From contig NC_091474.1 in the NCBI RefSeq assembly GCF_036971445.1, positions 16,182,001 to 16,246,000 of the forward strand: 64,000 nucleotides of DNA, read 5' to 3'. Below, piece by piece: positions 39,073-51,930 of the stretch. Position 1 is the stretch's first letter, and the number at the start of each line of letters is the position of its first letter. The notes below the pieces were generated by a model. The model was given only the letters and a program-made list of their open reading frames with translations, made no database searches and had not been told where the DNA came from. The translations under genes and the position numbers were made by a program. The DNA is from Narcine bancroftii (taxonomy: Eukaryota).

Positions 39073-40261
39073 CAGGGGTGTCAAACTCAAATTCACAGAG
39101 GGCCAAAATTAAAAACTTGGACTAAGTCGAGGGCCGAACTAAATATTTATTGAAAATTTTCAACAACATCTGCATGTTTTCTCTTCTTTCAACATATGTA
39201 ATGTTAAACTTTAGGATATAACTTTAGGAGGATAATGTTACAGGTCAGGAGTAGGTAGCGCAAGTTCACCCTTTGCTTGACCTGAGGGAAACCTATTTGG
39301 TCCCTGTGGAGATGTAGTCAGCATTCACAGGCTGTGTCCATTTTGGCCTGCATCAGGACTCAGCATTTCCTGCTCACTCCTCAGGCTCTAGGCCTCTATT
39401 CACCCTCGACCCACCATCCCTCTACCTGACCAGTCCTTTACCCAACCTCTACTCACCCTTCACTCCACTTGCTCTGCCTCTACCCACCCCATCCTATACA
39501 CGCCACTCTACTGCCTCTCCCCTCAACCTGTTCCTCCCTCTACCCATCTCTCACCCTCTAATCACCCCTCCCTTACTCGCCCTGCCCCTCCCCTTTTACC
39601 TCTTCCCTATCCACCCCTCCTTCTACTCATCCCTCCCTCTAACTGCCCCTCGCACCACCATAACTTCCCCTGCCCATTACTCCTCACCTACACCCTCTGC
39701 CCACCCCTGCTTACCCATCAACTCAGGCCCAGCATGCTGCCGATCAGCCTTTGCGGACAGCCACCATCTCTCTCTTCACGTGCAGGGCCGAACCAGCCGT
39801 CCCTGGGGTCCGCGCGGGTGCAAGCGCTGAAGGCCGTGACGACCGGGAAAGTGCGCTCACGCTGTGGAAGGGCCGTCCGGTGCCAGTTGCATGGGGCTTG
39901 CGCTGCCTGGGGGCCGTCCGCAGCCTGCCATGCCCGTCACACTGACAGGAAATCACAGGCGCTCACCAATCCGCCGCACCACTCAACAGGTGGGAGAAGT
40001 GACTGGTTGTGCGGGGAGCCTTCCAACTGGCTTGCCGGCTGATGACATCGACAGACTTCTCGTGTTACAATTTCTCGTGTTACAATGGGGAAGGATGTGC
40101 AATGAAGGGGGAGGATGGTGGGGGTGACATTACCAAAAAACAGCATCGGCTCTCGCTGCAGGGCGGGCCACCTCTAATACATTTTTGAAATGATCTTGCG
40201 GGCCAAATATAATTATATCACGGGCCAAATTTGGCCCGCGGGCCAGAGTTTGACATGTGTG
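39073..40261. mobile_element. Non-autonomous hAT (Charlie-like) DNA transposon
   Basis: TIRs CAGGGGTGTCAAACT and AGTTTGACATGTGTG; subterminal GGGCC repeats; 8-bp TSD ctccaggg (39065-39072) and ctccagag (40262-40269). It splits a Rex1-like fragment that continues to about 40640. Confidence 0.85.
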
Positions 40262-41117
40262 CTCCAGAGGGTTGGTAACTCAGCCTGTGACATCACAGGC
40301 ACCAGTCTTCACCCCATCGAGGACATCTTCAAAAGGCGGTCTTAAAAAAGGAGCCTCTATCCTCAAGGAGACCCAGCTTCCAGGCCATGCCCTCTTTACT
40401 CTGCTACCATTGGTAAAAAGGCACAGGAGCCTAAAGACGAGCATTCACCAGCACAAGGACAGGTTCTTCCCGCTGCCATGTGATTCCTAAATGAACAATG
40501 AGCCGCGGACACTGCCTTACTTCGCCTTTGTCTTGCACTATTTTTATTTATTTTGTAAGGTGATTTATATAAATGTTCGCCCTTTCGTGCTGCTGCAAAA
40601 CAGCAAATTTTGTGACATGTTCGTGACAATTCATTCTGATTCTCTTAACCATTTTTCAGCAACTTGGATAGATATTCTGTCCCAGAATCCAAACTGGTCT
40701 AGCCACATAAATAATTCAGTAACTTGCCTCTGTATTCCCAGAAGCCTTTTTATCATTAAAATGGCACAAACCAAATTGAAAGACCATGGGTCTACTGATA
40801 CAGAAGGATCTTGACATCAGCTGGAACAGAGCAACCTGCGTGACTGGTATCCAATCTCCCTCAACTTCACTCGCTACATCCATAGTTTGCTGCAATGCAG
40901 CGTGACTGGACGATAAAATGCACTGCAGTCAACTCTGTGACTGCTCCCATCACACCCTCTGATCACAATCATAAAGGAGAAGAGCAGGAACCAAGGAAAC
41001 CCCACCACTTGGAAGTTGCTCATAATATTGTGCCCTAGAAGAGTTGTCACTATTCTTTAATTTTTCTGGATCCAAATCCCAGAACTCAACTCAGCTGCAA
41101 CTTCAATAAGGCAACTC

Positions 41118-42115
41118 AGATTTCAGATTTATTGTCAGAGTACCTACATTGACATCACATACAACCCTGAGATTCTATTTCCTGTGGGCGAGGCAGAATT
41201 GCCACTATTGGTAGTGCAGAGAAAAAACTGTACTCAACGTACACATGTAAGCAAATAAATGACTGTGCAACACAGAGAAAAAGAGTCCCAGATTGACTTT
41301 GTTGTTGAGGAGTCTGATGGTGGAGGGATAACAGCTTTTCCTGAACCTGGTGGTGCGACTCTCGTGGCACCTAGACCTCTTTCCTCATAGCAGCAAGAAC
41401 GGAGCGTGTGCTGGGTGGCGTGGATTCTTGATGACTGCTGCTCCCCTCCGACGGCAATTTTTCCCATAGATGTTCTCGATGGTTTTGCCTGTGATGCCCT
41501 GGGCTGCGTCCACAACCTATAGCAGGGTTTTATAGTTGGGGGTATTGATGTCCCCACACCAGACCGTGATGCAGTCGGTCAGCACACTTTCCTTGACACA
41601 ACTGTAGAAATTTGCCAGGGTTTCTGATGGCATACCAAACCTCTGCTAATGTACAAGGAAGTAGAGGCGCTGACGTGCTTTCTTCACGATGCCATTAGTG
41701 TGTTAGGTCCAGGAAATATACTCTGAGATGACGACTCCCAAGAACTTAAATTTGCTCACCCTCTCCACCACTAATGTCCCCAATGATCACTGAATCATAC
41801 ACATCTGGTTTTCCCTTACTGAAGTCAACAGTCAACCTCTTGGTTTTGGTGACACTGAGTGCAAGGTTGTCATGGATGCACCATTTGACCGAGTTTTCCC
41901 ACCTGGATGTTGACTCATTGCTCCTTTACCATGGTATCGTCAGTGAATTTGTAGATGGTGCAGTTATCATACCAAGTCACACAGTCGTAGGTGTAAAGCA
42001 TGTGGAGCGGGGGCGAAGAACGCAGCCCTGTATGGTGGAGATTGTGGAGGAGATGTTCATACCAGTCCTTACTGACTGTGCGCTGGAGGTGAGGAAATCA
42101 AGGATCTAATTACAT
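41118..42115 (-). mobile_element. Rex1/Babar-like LINE 3' portion
   Basis: Tail 'tcagatttcagatttattgtcag'; reverse strand has RT C-terminal remnants. Confidence 0.75.
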
Positions 42116-43459
42116 GGTCACCACCAGCTTCTCAATCAGCAAATCAGGGAGAAAACAATAAACAGAGAAAGCAGAGAAAACGTGTTCCCTTAAATAAATT
42201 CACAAGCTGTTCAACCTTCTATTATTTGCAATAATAATTCTTGTAAATTACATCATTTAAAAGAACTGAGAGTGGAACTGGAACTGACTCAGGCAGGGTC
42301 AGAAACACTCCAGAAGGAAATCCTGGATCCAACAAATCTTTCCATTGGTCACATCCAACAGGGCAAAAAAAAATCATCCAAAAAAAAAAGGATTATTCTA
42401 AGAATATAGAAAATAATTGAGAGTAAAGAATGCCCTCCAGCTGAAAAATGGCCCAGTGTCCTGCTGCTAGTGGAGTTGTTCAAGTGAACCGGTACGGACT
42501 TGAAGGGCCGACATGGTCTGTTTCCGTGCTGTAAACGGTTACATGGTTATGGTGGATTAATGCAGCTGGATTCAATAGGTCAGAACAGAAAAACAAAAGG
42601 CAATTATGAAGTTTTCACTCTTTCCCATTGGGGAGCACTACACGTAGAGGTTAAATGCTTAACTTCTGCCAAAGCAGCTGCAGATGGAAGAACAGAAAAG
42701 GTCTTGAATTTTGAATCTTTTCTAAACTGAAAGAAAACAAATGAAGTAAAGTTCAGGGATTTGCTGGACGCACAAACCACAGAAAAGCTACACTTGCAAC
42801 ACAGGACATGGAAGACTCGCATGTCACAAGAAAAGTTTTCAACAAAAGCACATGTTGTGTGGCTTCTGCATTAGGTAGCAACACCAATATTTGCCCTGGG
42901 TTAAAGGGGATGAAAAATATAGATGCCCTGAAGCAGGTTAATTAAAAAGAACATTGAAAATTCTGGTCACACATCTGCTCAATTAAAAATTCTAGATTGT
43001 GCACAAAAAAAAAGTAATCAGGTCATCAACACAAAACAGGTTTGAAACCTTGTAAGTAACGTCTCAACAATGAGAACATTTCAATTTATACCTGATCAAA
43101 GTGGTTGCAAGTTAAACTCAGGGGAGGTGAGTAATAAATCTGATCTGTGACTCAACAAAATCATTACTGCTTTGAAACAACCCATGTTGTCATTTTGACA
43201 CCAGTGGCTTAGAAATAAGCACAGGAGTGGGTAGAGATGGAATTTATGGGATGATTTGCTCAACGCCTATGTTCTGTTTGTGGCCTCACCGAACACCTAC
43301 ACTTGGTGCGTGCATCTAAACCGGAGCTTCCTGTAGCCAATCATTTTAGTTCCGCAAAATATTCTGACAGCGATAGGTCTGTCCCCAGCCTTTTCCATTG
43401 TCTGGGTGAGGTTCAATGCAAACTTGAAGAAATACAGCCTTAAACACCCTCACAGTATG

Positions 43460-44060
43460 ATCAACACGCTAATGGTATTGTGAAGAAAGCACCTTCTCAG
43501 TAGCTTGCGGAGATTTGGTATGACATTGGAAACGCTGGCAAATTTCTACAGAGGTATGGTGGAAAGTGTGCTGGTATGGGAACACCAAAACCCCTGAGCA
43601 TGAAGCCCTCCAAAAGGTAGTGGATGCAGCTCAAGACATCGTATGCAAATCTCTCCCCACCATAGAGAATATTTACAGGAAACGCTGCCATCAGAGAACA
43701 GCAGTGATCATCACGGATCCACACCACCCATCACACACTTTGTTCTCACCGCTACATCAGGAAAGAGTACAGGTGCCACAAGACTCGCACCACCAGGTTC
43801 AGGAACAGCAGCTACCAACCCCCCCCTCTCCCATCCCACCAATATCAGACTCCTCAACAATAAACTCATTACTTTTGTACTTTATTGATTTTTTTCCCTC
43901 CCTGTATTGCACAGTTTGTTTACATTTCTTTATTTGTTTACATGTATATATTGTTTGTGCAGGTTTTTTTTGCACTTCCAATAAGTGTTGTGGTCTGCAG
44001 GGAAAAAAAAAATCAGGGTTGTATGTGATGTCATGTATTCTGATAATAAATCAGAAATCT
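43460..44060 (+). mobile_element. Rex1/Babar-like LINE 3' portion
   Basis: WYGN...ALQKVVDAAQDI...LPTIENIYRKRC...IITDPHHPSH.LF. Confidence 0.78.
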
Positions 44061-44086
44061 AATTTCTCCAAATTTAGATAACACTT

Positions 44087-44510
44087 TCCCCTCATCTGAA
44101 TCCACGTATCCCCCTCTTCTGAATCCACGTATCCCCCTCTTCTGAATCCACGTATCCCCCTCTTCTGAATCCACGTATCCCCCTCTTCTGAATCCACGTA
44201 TCCCCCTCTTCTGAATCCACGTATCCCCCTCTTCTGAATCCACGTATCCCCCTCTTCTGAATCCACGTATCCCCCTCATCTGAATCCACGTATCCCCCTC
44301 ATCTGAATCCACGTATCCCCCTCATCTGAATCCACGTATCCCCCTCATCTGAATCCACGTATCCCCCTCATCTGAATCCACGTATCCCCCTCATCTGAAT
44401 CCACGTATCCCCCTCATCTGAATCCACGTATCCCCCTCATCTGAATCCACGTATCCCCCTCATCTGAATCCACGTATCCCCCTCATCTGAATCCACGTAT
44501 CCCCCTCTTC
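44087..44510. repeat. Minisatellite: 18 x 23-bp unit tctgaatccacgtatccccctc(t/a)
   Basis: Direct reading: 7 T-variant units, then 10 A-variant units, then 1 T-variant unit. Confidence 0.97.
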
Positions 44511-45199
44511 TTTACCTACTCCTGTACTCATTTATTTCTCTCTCCAACTTCTCTACCTCCACCCCAGTCTTCACAGTTTCTTCCTCTACCTGGCCCTCTA
44601 CCTCCCACACCCTCTGTCATATATCATCTCTGAGTCCCCCATTTTATATATAATTTCACCTATTCTATCTTAGTCTTGTTAGAGGGTACACCCCTGAAAC
44701 AATGACTGACCATTTCTATTCTTGGATGCAATCTAACCCAGAGTTCCTTTAGCAATCCTTTGTTTGATTAAAACGAGTTGCTTTCCCCCCCCCCTCCAGG
44801 TAAATGTCAACTCTAAACTCACAATTGACCCAAAATTCATCCTTTTAATCCATTATTGCACTTAAATATAGATATGCACAACCTTAATTGTACCAAATTC
44901 TACAAAAACCCTCATTACATTACTTCAGTTTACTCCAACTTTTTAGGAGATTGCAGATACAAAGGAACCCATCAGAACATGACTTGAAACAAGTCAAAAC
45001 ATTTCAGTTTTTCCAGGTCACAAAATACCTCAAGGCATTAGAACAATTGACGGAAAGTATCAAAGACTGGGAAAGGCTTCACCTTGATGCTCAGTAACAA
45101 TGACTTCAAACGCCAGTAAATAAAAGAGTGAATAAACAAACTTGCTTCTCTTGGTACTATTCTCACCAAAGTCAGAAAGCTGTGAAGTCCTGCTTCAGA

Positions 45200-45810
45200 G
45201 ATTAGAGCCTCAGGAGTTTGTGGAGAATTGGTATTCCATCAGAAACCTTGGCAAACCTCTGTAGATGCATAGTGGAAAGTGTGCTGACTGGCTGCATCAC
45301 AGTCTGGTATGGGGACACCAATACCTCAGAGTGGAAAGCCCTGCAAAAGGTAGTGGACACAGGCCAGTACATGACAGGCAAAACTCTTCCCATCATCGAC
45401 AATATCTAAATGGAACGTTGCCATCGGAGAACAGCAGCAATTATCAAGGACCAACACCACCTCGGAAATGCTCTCTTCTCATTGCTGTCATCAGGAAGGA
45501 GGTACAGTTTCCATTAAAACATGTACCTCCAGGTTCAGGAACAGTTGCTACTCTCCACCTCAGACTCCTGAACAACAGACTCATCTAGAGACTCATTTAA
45601 AGAATCTCACTTTGCTCACTTTTCATTACTGAATATTTATATGTCTGCATTGTCAGTTTGTTTACATTTTTCTTTTGAGTACATTTCTTTGAGCACAGCT
45701 TGCATGCTACCAATAACTAGAAATTCTGCCTGGCCTGTAGGAAAAAGGATGAGGGTTGTATGTGATACCATGTTCTGTAGGTACTCTGAAAACAAATTTG
45801 AACTTTGACT
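45200..45810 (+). mobile_element. Rex1/Babar-like LINE 3' portion
   Basis: TLANLCRCIVESVLTGCITVWYG...ALQKVV. Confidence 0.78.
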
Positions 45811-45916
45811 TCTTCCATTCTGGTTCTCTGAAATTGGATTCAAGAAATCTGGGGCAGCATTATTGCCCCCTGATGACTACATCAGTAAAAAGTGCATCCA
45901 GTTGCAGCTCATTTAT

Positions 45917-46240
45917 CGTAGAACATTATAGCACAGAAACAGTTCCTTTGGCCTTTCTGGTCTGTGCTGAATTATTATTTGGCCTACTTCCACTGATTGG
46001 CCCCAATTCCATATCCTTCCATACCCTTCCCATCCATGTACTGTCTAAATTTTCTTAAATTTTAAAATTTATCTCATTCTACACTCCCACTACTCCATGT
46101 GAAGGAGTTCCTCCTAATGCCCCTATGTAAACTTTGCCCCTTTCACCCTTAAACCATGTCCTCTAGTTCGTATCTCATCAGTGGAAAAAAAGTCTACTTG
46201 CATTTATTTTATCTATACCTCAATTTTGTATACCTCTATC
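45917..46240 (-). mobile_element. CR1 3' fragment
   Basis: Similar to 13965-14290. Confidence 0.6.
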
Positions 46241-46444
46241 TTTTCAGTTTGGAAGGAAGATTTACTGGATACTGCATTGATGGTAATTTGCAAGTACTTT
46301 TTGTATTTATTGTCTCATTGTCATTCAAATTATGTGCACCAATGTCATTTTTATACATAGACTAAAGCAACAGTTTGGCTGCCAAGAATTTTGATGCATA
46401 TGCACATTGTAGAATGATTGTGACAAATTATGTCATTATCATGA

Positions 46445-46600
46445 CCGAGGATGGCGCGGTTAGCGCAATGGTGTTATAGCACCAGTGATCGGAGTTTGAA
46501 TCCGGCGCTGTCCGTGAGGAGCTTGTATGTTCACCCCACGTCAGCTGCTCCAATTTCCTCTTACCATTCAAAAAAAACACACGACGGCTGTCGGTCAAAC
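46445..46600 (+). mobile_element. V-SINE 5' fragment
   Basis: tRNA-like head 'ggcgcggttagcgcaatggtgttatagcaccagtgatcggagtttgaatccggcgctgtc'. Confidence 0.6.
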
Positions 46601-47011
46601 AGTGCAGGTTCCTTAAATTTAAAGATAGATGTGCCTGTCAAGCTTCTCAATTATAAAGGAGGAAAGGGATCACCACTTCACAAGTTCTGTGTCTCCCACA
46701 CAATTAATAAAAGTTGTGATCAATTTCATTCATGTCCAGTTCATTCAGGTGACCCCCTACAATAAAAGGGAAAAATGACCTTGTATCAGAGACTGGTATT
46801 GTATAGTGATACCATGTTTGTATTGAACCAATACCTTGCAGATTACTTAAGTCCTGATTTCTCACATGCTATCAAGTAAACAATAGTTTAAAGCTGGGCC
46901 ACTATGTGTGTCTGGATACCACAACTTGGGTGACCTTGGTTCTGGAGTGCGATCTCTGTTGGCAGAACAGATTTCCATTAGTTCTGAAAGTGATGTCCAC
47001 AACTTTGGGAA

Positions 47012-48355
47012 CTTTAGAACATATTACAGAAGAATACAGGCCCTTCAGCCCTCGATGTTGTGCTGACCTATGTATTCCTCCTTAAAAAAAGTACTAAAAC
47101 CTCCCTACCCCATAACCGTCTATTTTACTTTCATCCATTGTCTAAGAGTCTCTTAAGTGCTCCCAATATTTCAGCCTCCACCACCATCCCTAGCAAGGCA
47201 TTACAGGCACCCACAACTCTCTTTGTAAAAAAAAACTTGCCCTTGATGTCTCCCTTAAACTTCCCTCCCTTAACTTTGCACTTATGTCCTCTTGTGCTTG
47301 CTAATCCTGCCTTCGCAAACAGGTGCTGGCTGTTCACCTTATCTATTCCTCTCATAATCTTGTAGAGCTCTATCAAGTCTCTTCTATGTTAAAAGAGAAA
47401 AGTCCCAGCTCTGCTAACCTTGCCTCATAAGACCTTTCCCAATCCTGGCAACATTCTGGTAAATCTCCTCTGCACCCTCTCCAACGTTTCCACTTTCTTC
47501 CTATAACAGGATGACCAGAACTGAACATAATACTCAAAGTGGGGTCTCATCAAAGATTTGTAGAAATGGAACACGACCTCTCTTGACCTGCATTCAATCC
47601 ATCAATTAATGAATCTCAGCATCCCATAGGCCTTCTTAACTATCAATATGTGTGGCAACCTTGAGGGATGTATGGATTTGAACCCCCAAGGTCCCTCTGT
47701 TCATCCACACTCAAGAACCAACCATTAACCTAGACTCAGCCTTCTGGCTTGCCTTCCAAAATGCATTACCTCACATTTATCCAGATCAAAATCCATCTGC
47801 CATTTTTCTGCTCAACTTTGCATCCTGCCTATATCCTCTTGTAAACTTTTTTTTAAATAACTTTATTTATTCTTTCAACAAAGTTATTACATACAATAAG
47901 AAAAATACATATTATGTATGATAAAAAATGTTTATATATAAAAAGAAAAGAAAAAAAAAGAACCCCCCCCCCTCAGTTCTTGTAAACTTCAACAACCTTC
48001 AGCATCCACAAGTCCTCCAACCTTCATGTCATTCACAAACTTACTGACCCATCCTGCCACCTCTTCATCCAGGTCATTTATAAAAATCACAAAGAGCAAG
48101 GATCCCAGAACAGATGCTTTGCCACATTCCACTAGTTACTGACCTCCAGGCAGAATACTTTCCTTCCATGACTTCTGCTTTCTTCCTACAATTCAATTTT
48201 TTATCCACAGAGCCAAAGTTCTACTGATTCCGTGCCTCATGACTTTCTGCATGAATCTCTCATGGGGGACCTTATCAAATGCCTTGCTAAAATTCACGTC
48301 GACCACATCTACCGCTCTACCTTCATCAATTTCTTTTGTTACCTCCTCAAAAAAA
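47012..48355 (-). mobile_element. CR1 LINE 3' portion with a nested poly(A)-tailed insertion at 47849-47977
   Basis: IELYKIMRGIDKV...TRGHK...FFTKRVV..CNAL; the nested insert is flanked by TSD tcttgtaaactt (47837-47848 and 47978-47989). Confidence 0.85.
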
Positions 48356-48716
48356 CTGAAGAGATGTTACATTGCAATGAGTAGGATGAAGGGTTAGGGT
48401 TAGGATTTTACAGCATAGTGGTGATGACACAGCCTTGTTTGACATTGACCTCACTAAAATAGAGATGGTTCTAGACCTACTGGCTTGTGTGCAATCCTGG
48501 CGATGATCTCAGAAACCATAGAATGATCAGTCTCATTTCTTTAAAGTGGTCATAATTACAAGAGCTCTGGTTTATACTCTTCTTCCTGGATGTGAAGAGT
48601 GAGATTTTTTTTATTCATGACCAATGCTCTCCATGCAGAGTTTTTGATTATCTGGGATACCATGCACTCCCACAGCCCTGCTTCTTCTTCTATGCTGTTT
48701 TCATTGTCTTTGTCAG

Positions 48717-49197
48717 CAGGAGTAGAGACAAGGCCGAACTGGACAGGCTACTGAGGGGCAGAGTCAAACATGACAGAAATGCAATCAGGAGTAGGGGCAA
48801 GGCCGAACTGGACAGGCTACTGAGGGGCAGAGTCAAACATGACAGAAATGCAATCAGGAGTAGAGGAATCAGGAGTAGAGGCAAGGCCGGACTGGACAGT
48901 CAAACATGACAGAAATGCAATTAGGAGTAGAGGCAAGGCCGAACTGGACAGGCTACTGAGGGGCAGAGTCAAACATGACAGAAATGCAATCAGGAGTAGA
49001 GGCAAGGCCGAACTGGACAGGCTACTGAGGGGCAGAGTCAAACATGACAGAAATGCAATCAGGAGTAGAGGCAAGGCCGAACTGGACAGGCTACTGAGGG
49101 GCAGAGTCAAACATGACAGAAATGCAATCAGGTGTAGAGGCAAGGCTGAACTGGACAAGCTACTGAGGGGCAGAGTCAAACATGACAGAAATGCAAT
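48717..49197. repeat. Minisatellite: 69-bp unit, 6 full copies plus 1 rearranged copy
   Basis: Unit caggagtagaggcaaggccgaactggacaggctactgaggggcagagtcaaacatgacagaaatgcaat; copies start at 48717, 48786, 48922, 48991, 49060 and 49129. Confidence 0.96.
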
Positions 49198-50237
49198 CAA
49201 TTTTTAAATATTCCCTTGCTGACATGTCTGTCCATGGTCTCATGTACTGCCAGACTGAGACCACCCATAAATTGGAAGGAAAAAAACATCATCTGACTGG
49301 GCATCCTCCAACTGAATAGCATTAATATCGACTTCTCTGCCTGTCATTAAGCCCCCACCACCACCCACCCCCTTCTCCACCCCCCCCTGTCATCTCTCCC
49401 TGTCCTGTCTCCTTTCGCACGGACATGATAAATTCTACTTAGTCCCTTAGGATAGTCAATTAACACCTTCTGTTGGTCTGGATTCCTCCCCCATTGTTTG
49501 AATTGAGACTTTCAGATATAAATTGCTTGTGTCTTTTCCCTGAATGGCCAAAAACTTTTGTCTCCTGGAGATGCTGAAAAGCCAAACAAAGTTCCTCCAG
49601 CATTTTGGTGTGTTTACTGAATGCTAGGGAGCCAGTGGGGTTAGTGGAGTTTTACTGCTACTGGTCATCTCCCATTGATGTCTGTAGGAGCCAACTCTAA
49701 ACAAAGCATCATATTTCTAACATTAAAACCGTTGACTACAGCCAGTACGGCACATTTTAAAATTTAAAGTATTCAAGCACATTCTGAAAGGGCCTCACAT
49801 GTGCCTCACAAATACCAACGTTTAGTTTGCTTGGAGATTGTCAAAAAAGGATTATTGCCTGACAAATGCATTAGGAAGATACAAGAAAGTAATGAAAATC
49901 TTAGAAAATCATGATTTAAAAAAAAACTGTTGAAAAGAAACCCACATATTAAACAGAAGAAGCCCGATTTTCCCAGCAGTTTCACAGAGTGTCAGCGTTT
50001 CACAGTAAATGTGCCCCCAGGAAAGTTTCAGAATTCTCCTTCACATATGGAAGTTCCAAACGTGCTGGCAGAGTTTGATCAGCATTTGTTGATCGTATTT
50101 TGCCAGTGCTCCCTGTGGCACCAAATTGCAGATGTGTTGTGGCATATCCAAGTCACCTCATTATGTTCCTATTATGACCTTTGTGCTATTCAGGGGCTCC
50201 TCTGCTAGTTGCTCCAAGAAGATTACAATAGATAATA

Positions 50238-51200
50238 TTAGACAATAGGTGCAGGAGTAGGCTATTCAGCCCTTCAAGCCAGTACCCATATTCACTGTGA
50301 TCATGGTTGATCATCCATGATCTATACCCTGTTCCTGTCGCCATATTCCTTGACTCCACTATCTTTAAGAGCTCTATCTAACTCTTTCTTGAAAGCATCC
50401 TGATAACTGACCTCCACTGCCTTCTGAGGCAGAGCATTCCACATATCCACAAATCTCTGGGTGAAAAAGTTTTTCCTCAACTCAATTCTTAATGGCCTTC
50501 CCTTTAGTCTTAAACTATGGACCTCCCCCAAACATCAGGAACATGTTTCCTGCCTCTAACGTGTCCAATCTCTTCATCATCTTGGATGTTTCAATCAGAT
50601 CCCCTCTCATCCTTCTAAAGTCCAGTGTATACAAGCCCAGTCCTGCCATCCTGGAAATTAACCTCGTGAATCTACACTGCACTCCCTCAATAGCAAGAAT
50701 GTTCTTCCTCAAACTTGGGAGACCAAAAATACACACAGTACTTCAGGTGCAGCCTCACCAGGGCCCTGTACAACTGCAGAAGGACCTCTGCTCCTATACG
50801 CAACTCCCCTTCTTATTGAAGGCCAATGTGCCATTAGCTTTCTTCATTGCCTGCTGTACCTGAATGCTTACTTTCAGTGAATGGATAACAAAGACACCAC
50901 ATCTCCTTGTATTTCCCCTTTTCCTAACTCGATACGATTCAGATAGTAATCTTCCTTCCTGTTCTTGCCACCAAAGTGGATAACCTCACATTTATCCACA
51001 TTAAACTGCATCTGGCCACTCACCCAACCTGTCCAAATCACCCTGCCTTCTCATAACGTCCTCCTCACATTTCACCCTGCCACCCAGCTTTGTGCCATCT
51101 GCAAATTTGCTAATGTTACTATTAATCCCCTCATCTAAACCATTAATGTATATTGTAAATAGCTGTGGTCCCAGCACTGAGCCTTGCGGAACTACCTGCC
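50238..51200 (-). mobile_element. CR1 LINE 3' portion
   Basis: IEGVQCRFTRLI...RRMRGDLIET and RKNFFTQRFVDMWNALP. Confidence 0.85.
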
Positions 51201-51294
51201 AGAATCTAGAGGAATTCAGGCATTATTTGCAAGAGTCCCAATTCAGGAAAATCAAAGATACAGAAATCCCAAGCGAAAACAGGTTGTTAATTTT

Positions 51295-51495
51295 TTTTAA
51301 ATTGGGACATGCAGTACAGTAACAAGCCTTCCATCCCAGCATGTTTTGAAGGGTGGGAGGAATCTGGAGTGCCTGGACGAAACCCCTGGAGACACAGAGA
51401 GAACGTACAAACTCCTTGTAGACAGCGCCAGATTCGCACCTGGGTCGCTGGCACTGTAACAGCATTGCGCTAATTGCAACACTAACCATGCAGCT
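51295..51495 (-). mobile_element. V-SINE copy
   Basis: V-domain and tRNA-like head on the reverse strand. Confidence 0.7.
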
Positions 51496-51699
51496 CATGT
51501 CCAATAAACATCCCATGGATTGGACCTACAGGGACATTCAACTATACTCCAAAACTAAGGTCACAAAAAAAAAATTTGGGGTGGGGGGTAGCAGAAGGCA
51601 GGCAAAGCTTCTGGTTGCACACACAAAAGCAAACTCCATAACATCGTTAACTCATTCACTGAGGCATGCGAGGGGATGGGCCTGACACTCAATAGACAT

Positions 51700-51930
51700 G
51701 AAGCATCATGGTAACAGGCCATTTCAGCCCACAATTCTATGCTGCCTAATTTACACCCAATTAACCTCCAATCCTGGTAGGTTTTGAACAGTGGGAGGAA
51801 ACCAGAAGTCTTGAGAAAAACCCAGACTCAGGGAGTATGTACAAACTTCTTACAGATAGCACGGGATTTGAACCCCGGTCCCATTTGGTGGCGCTGTCAA
51901 GGCATTGTGCTAACATAACCACTATGCCAA
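51700..51930 (-). mobile_element. V-SINE copy
   Basis: Same family; 'gggatttgaaccccgg' is a B-box-like element on the reverse strand. Confidence 0.7.

Noticed and set aside
44087-44510. Regular short repeats suggestive of a CRISPR array
   Set aside because: Units are contiguous with no unique spacers, there are no cas genes, and the context is a vertebrate genome; this is a minisatellite.
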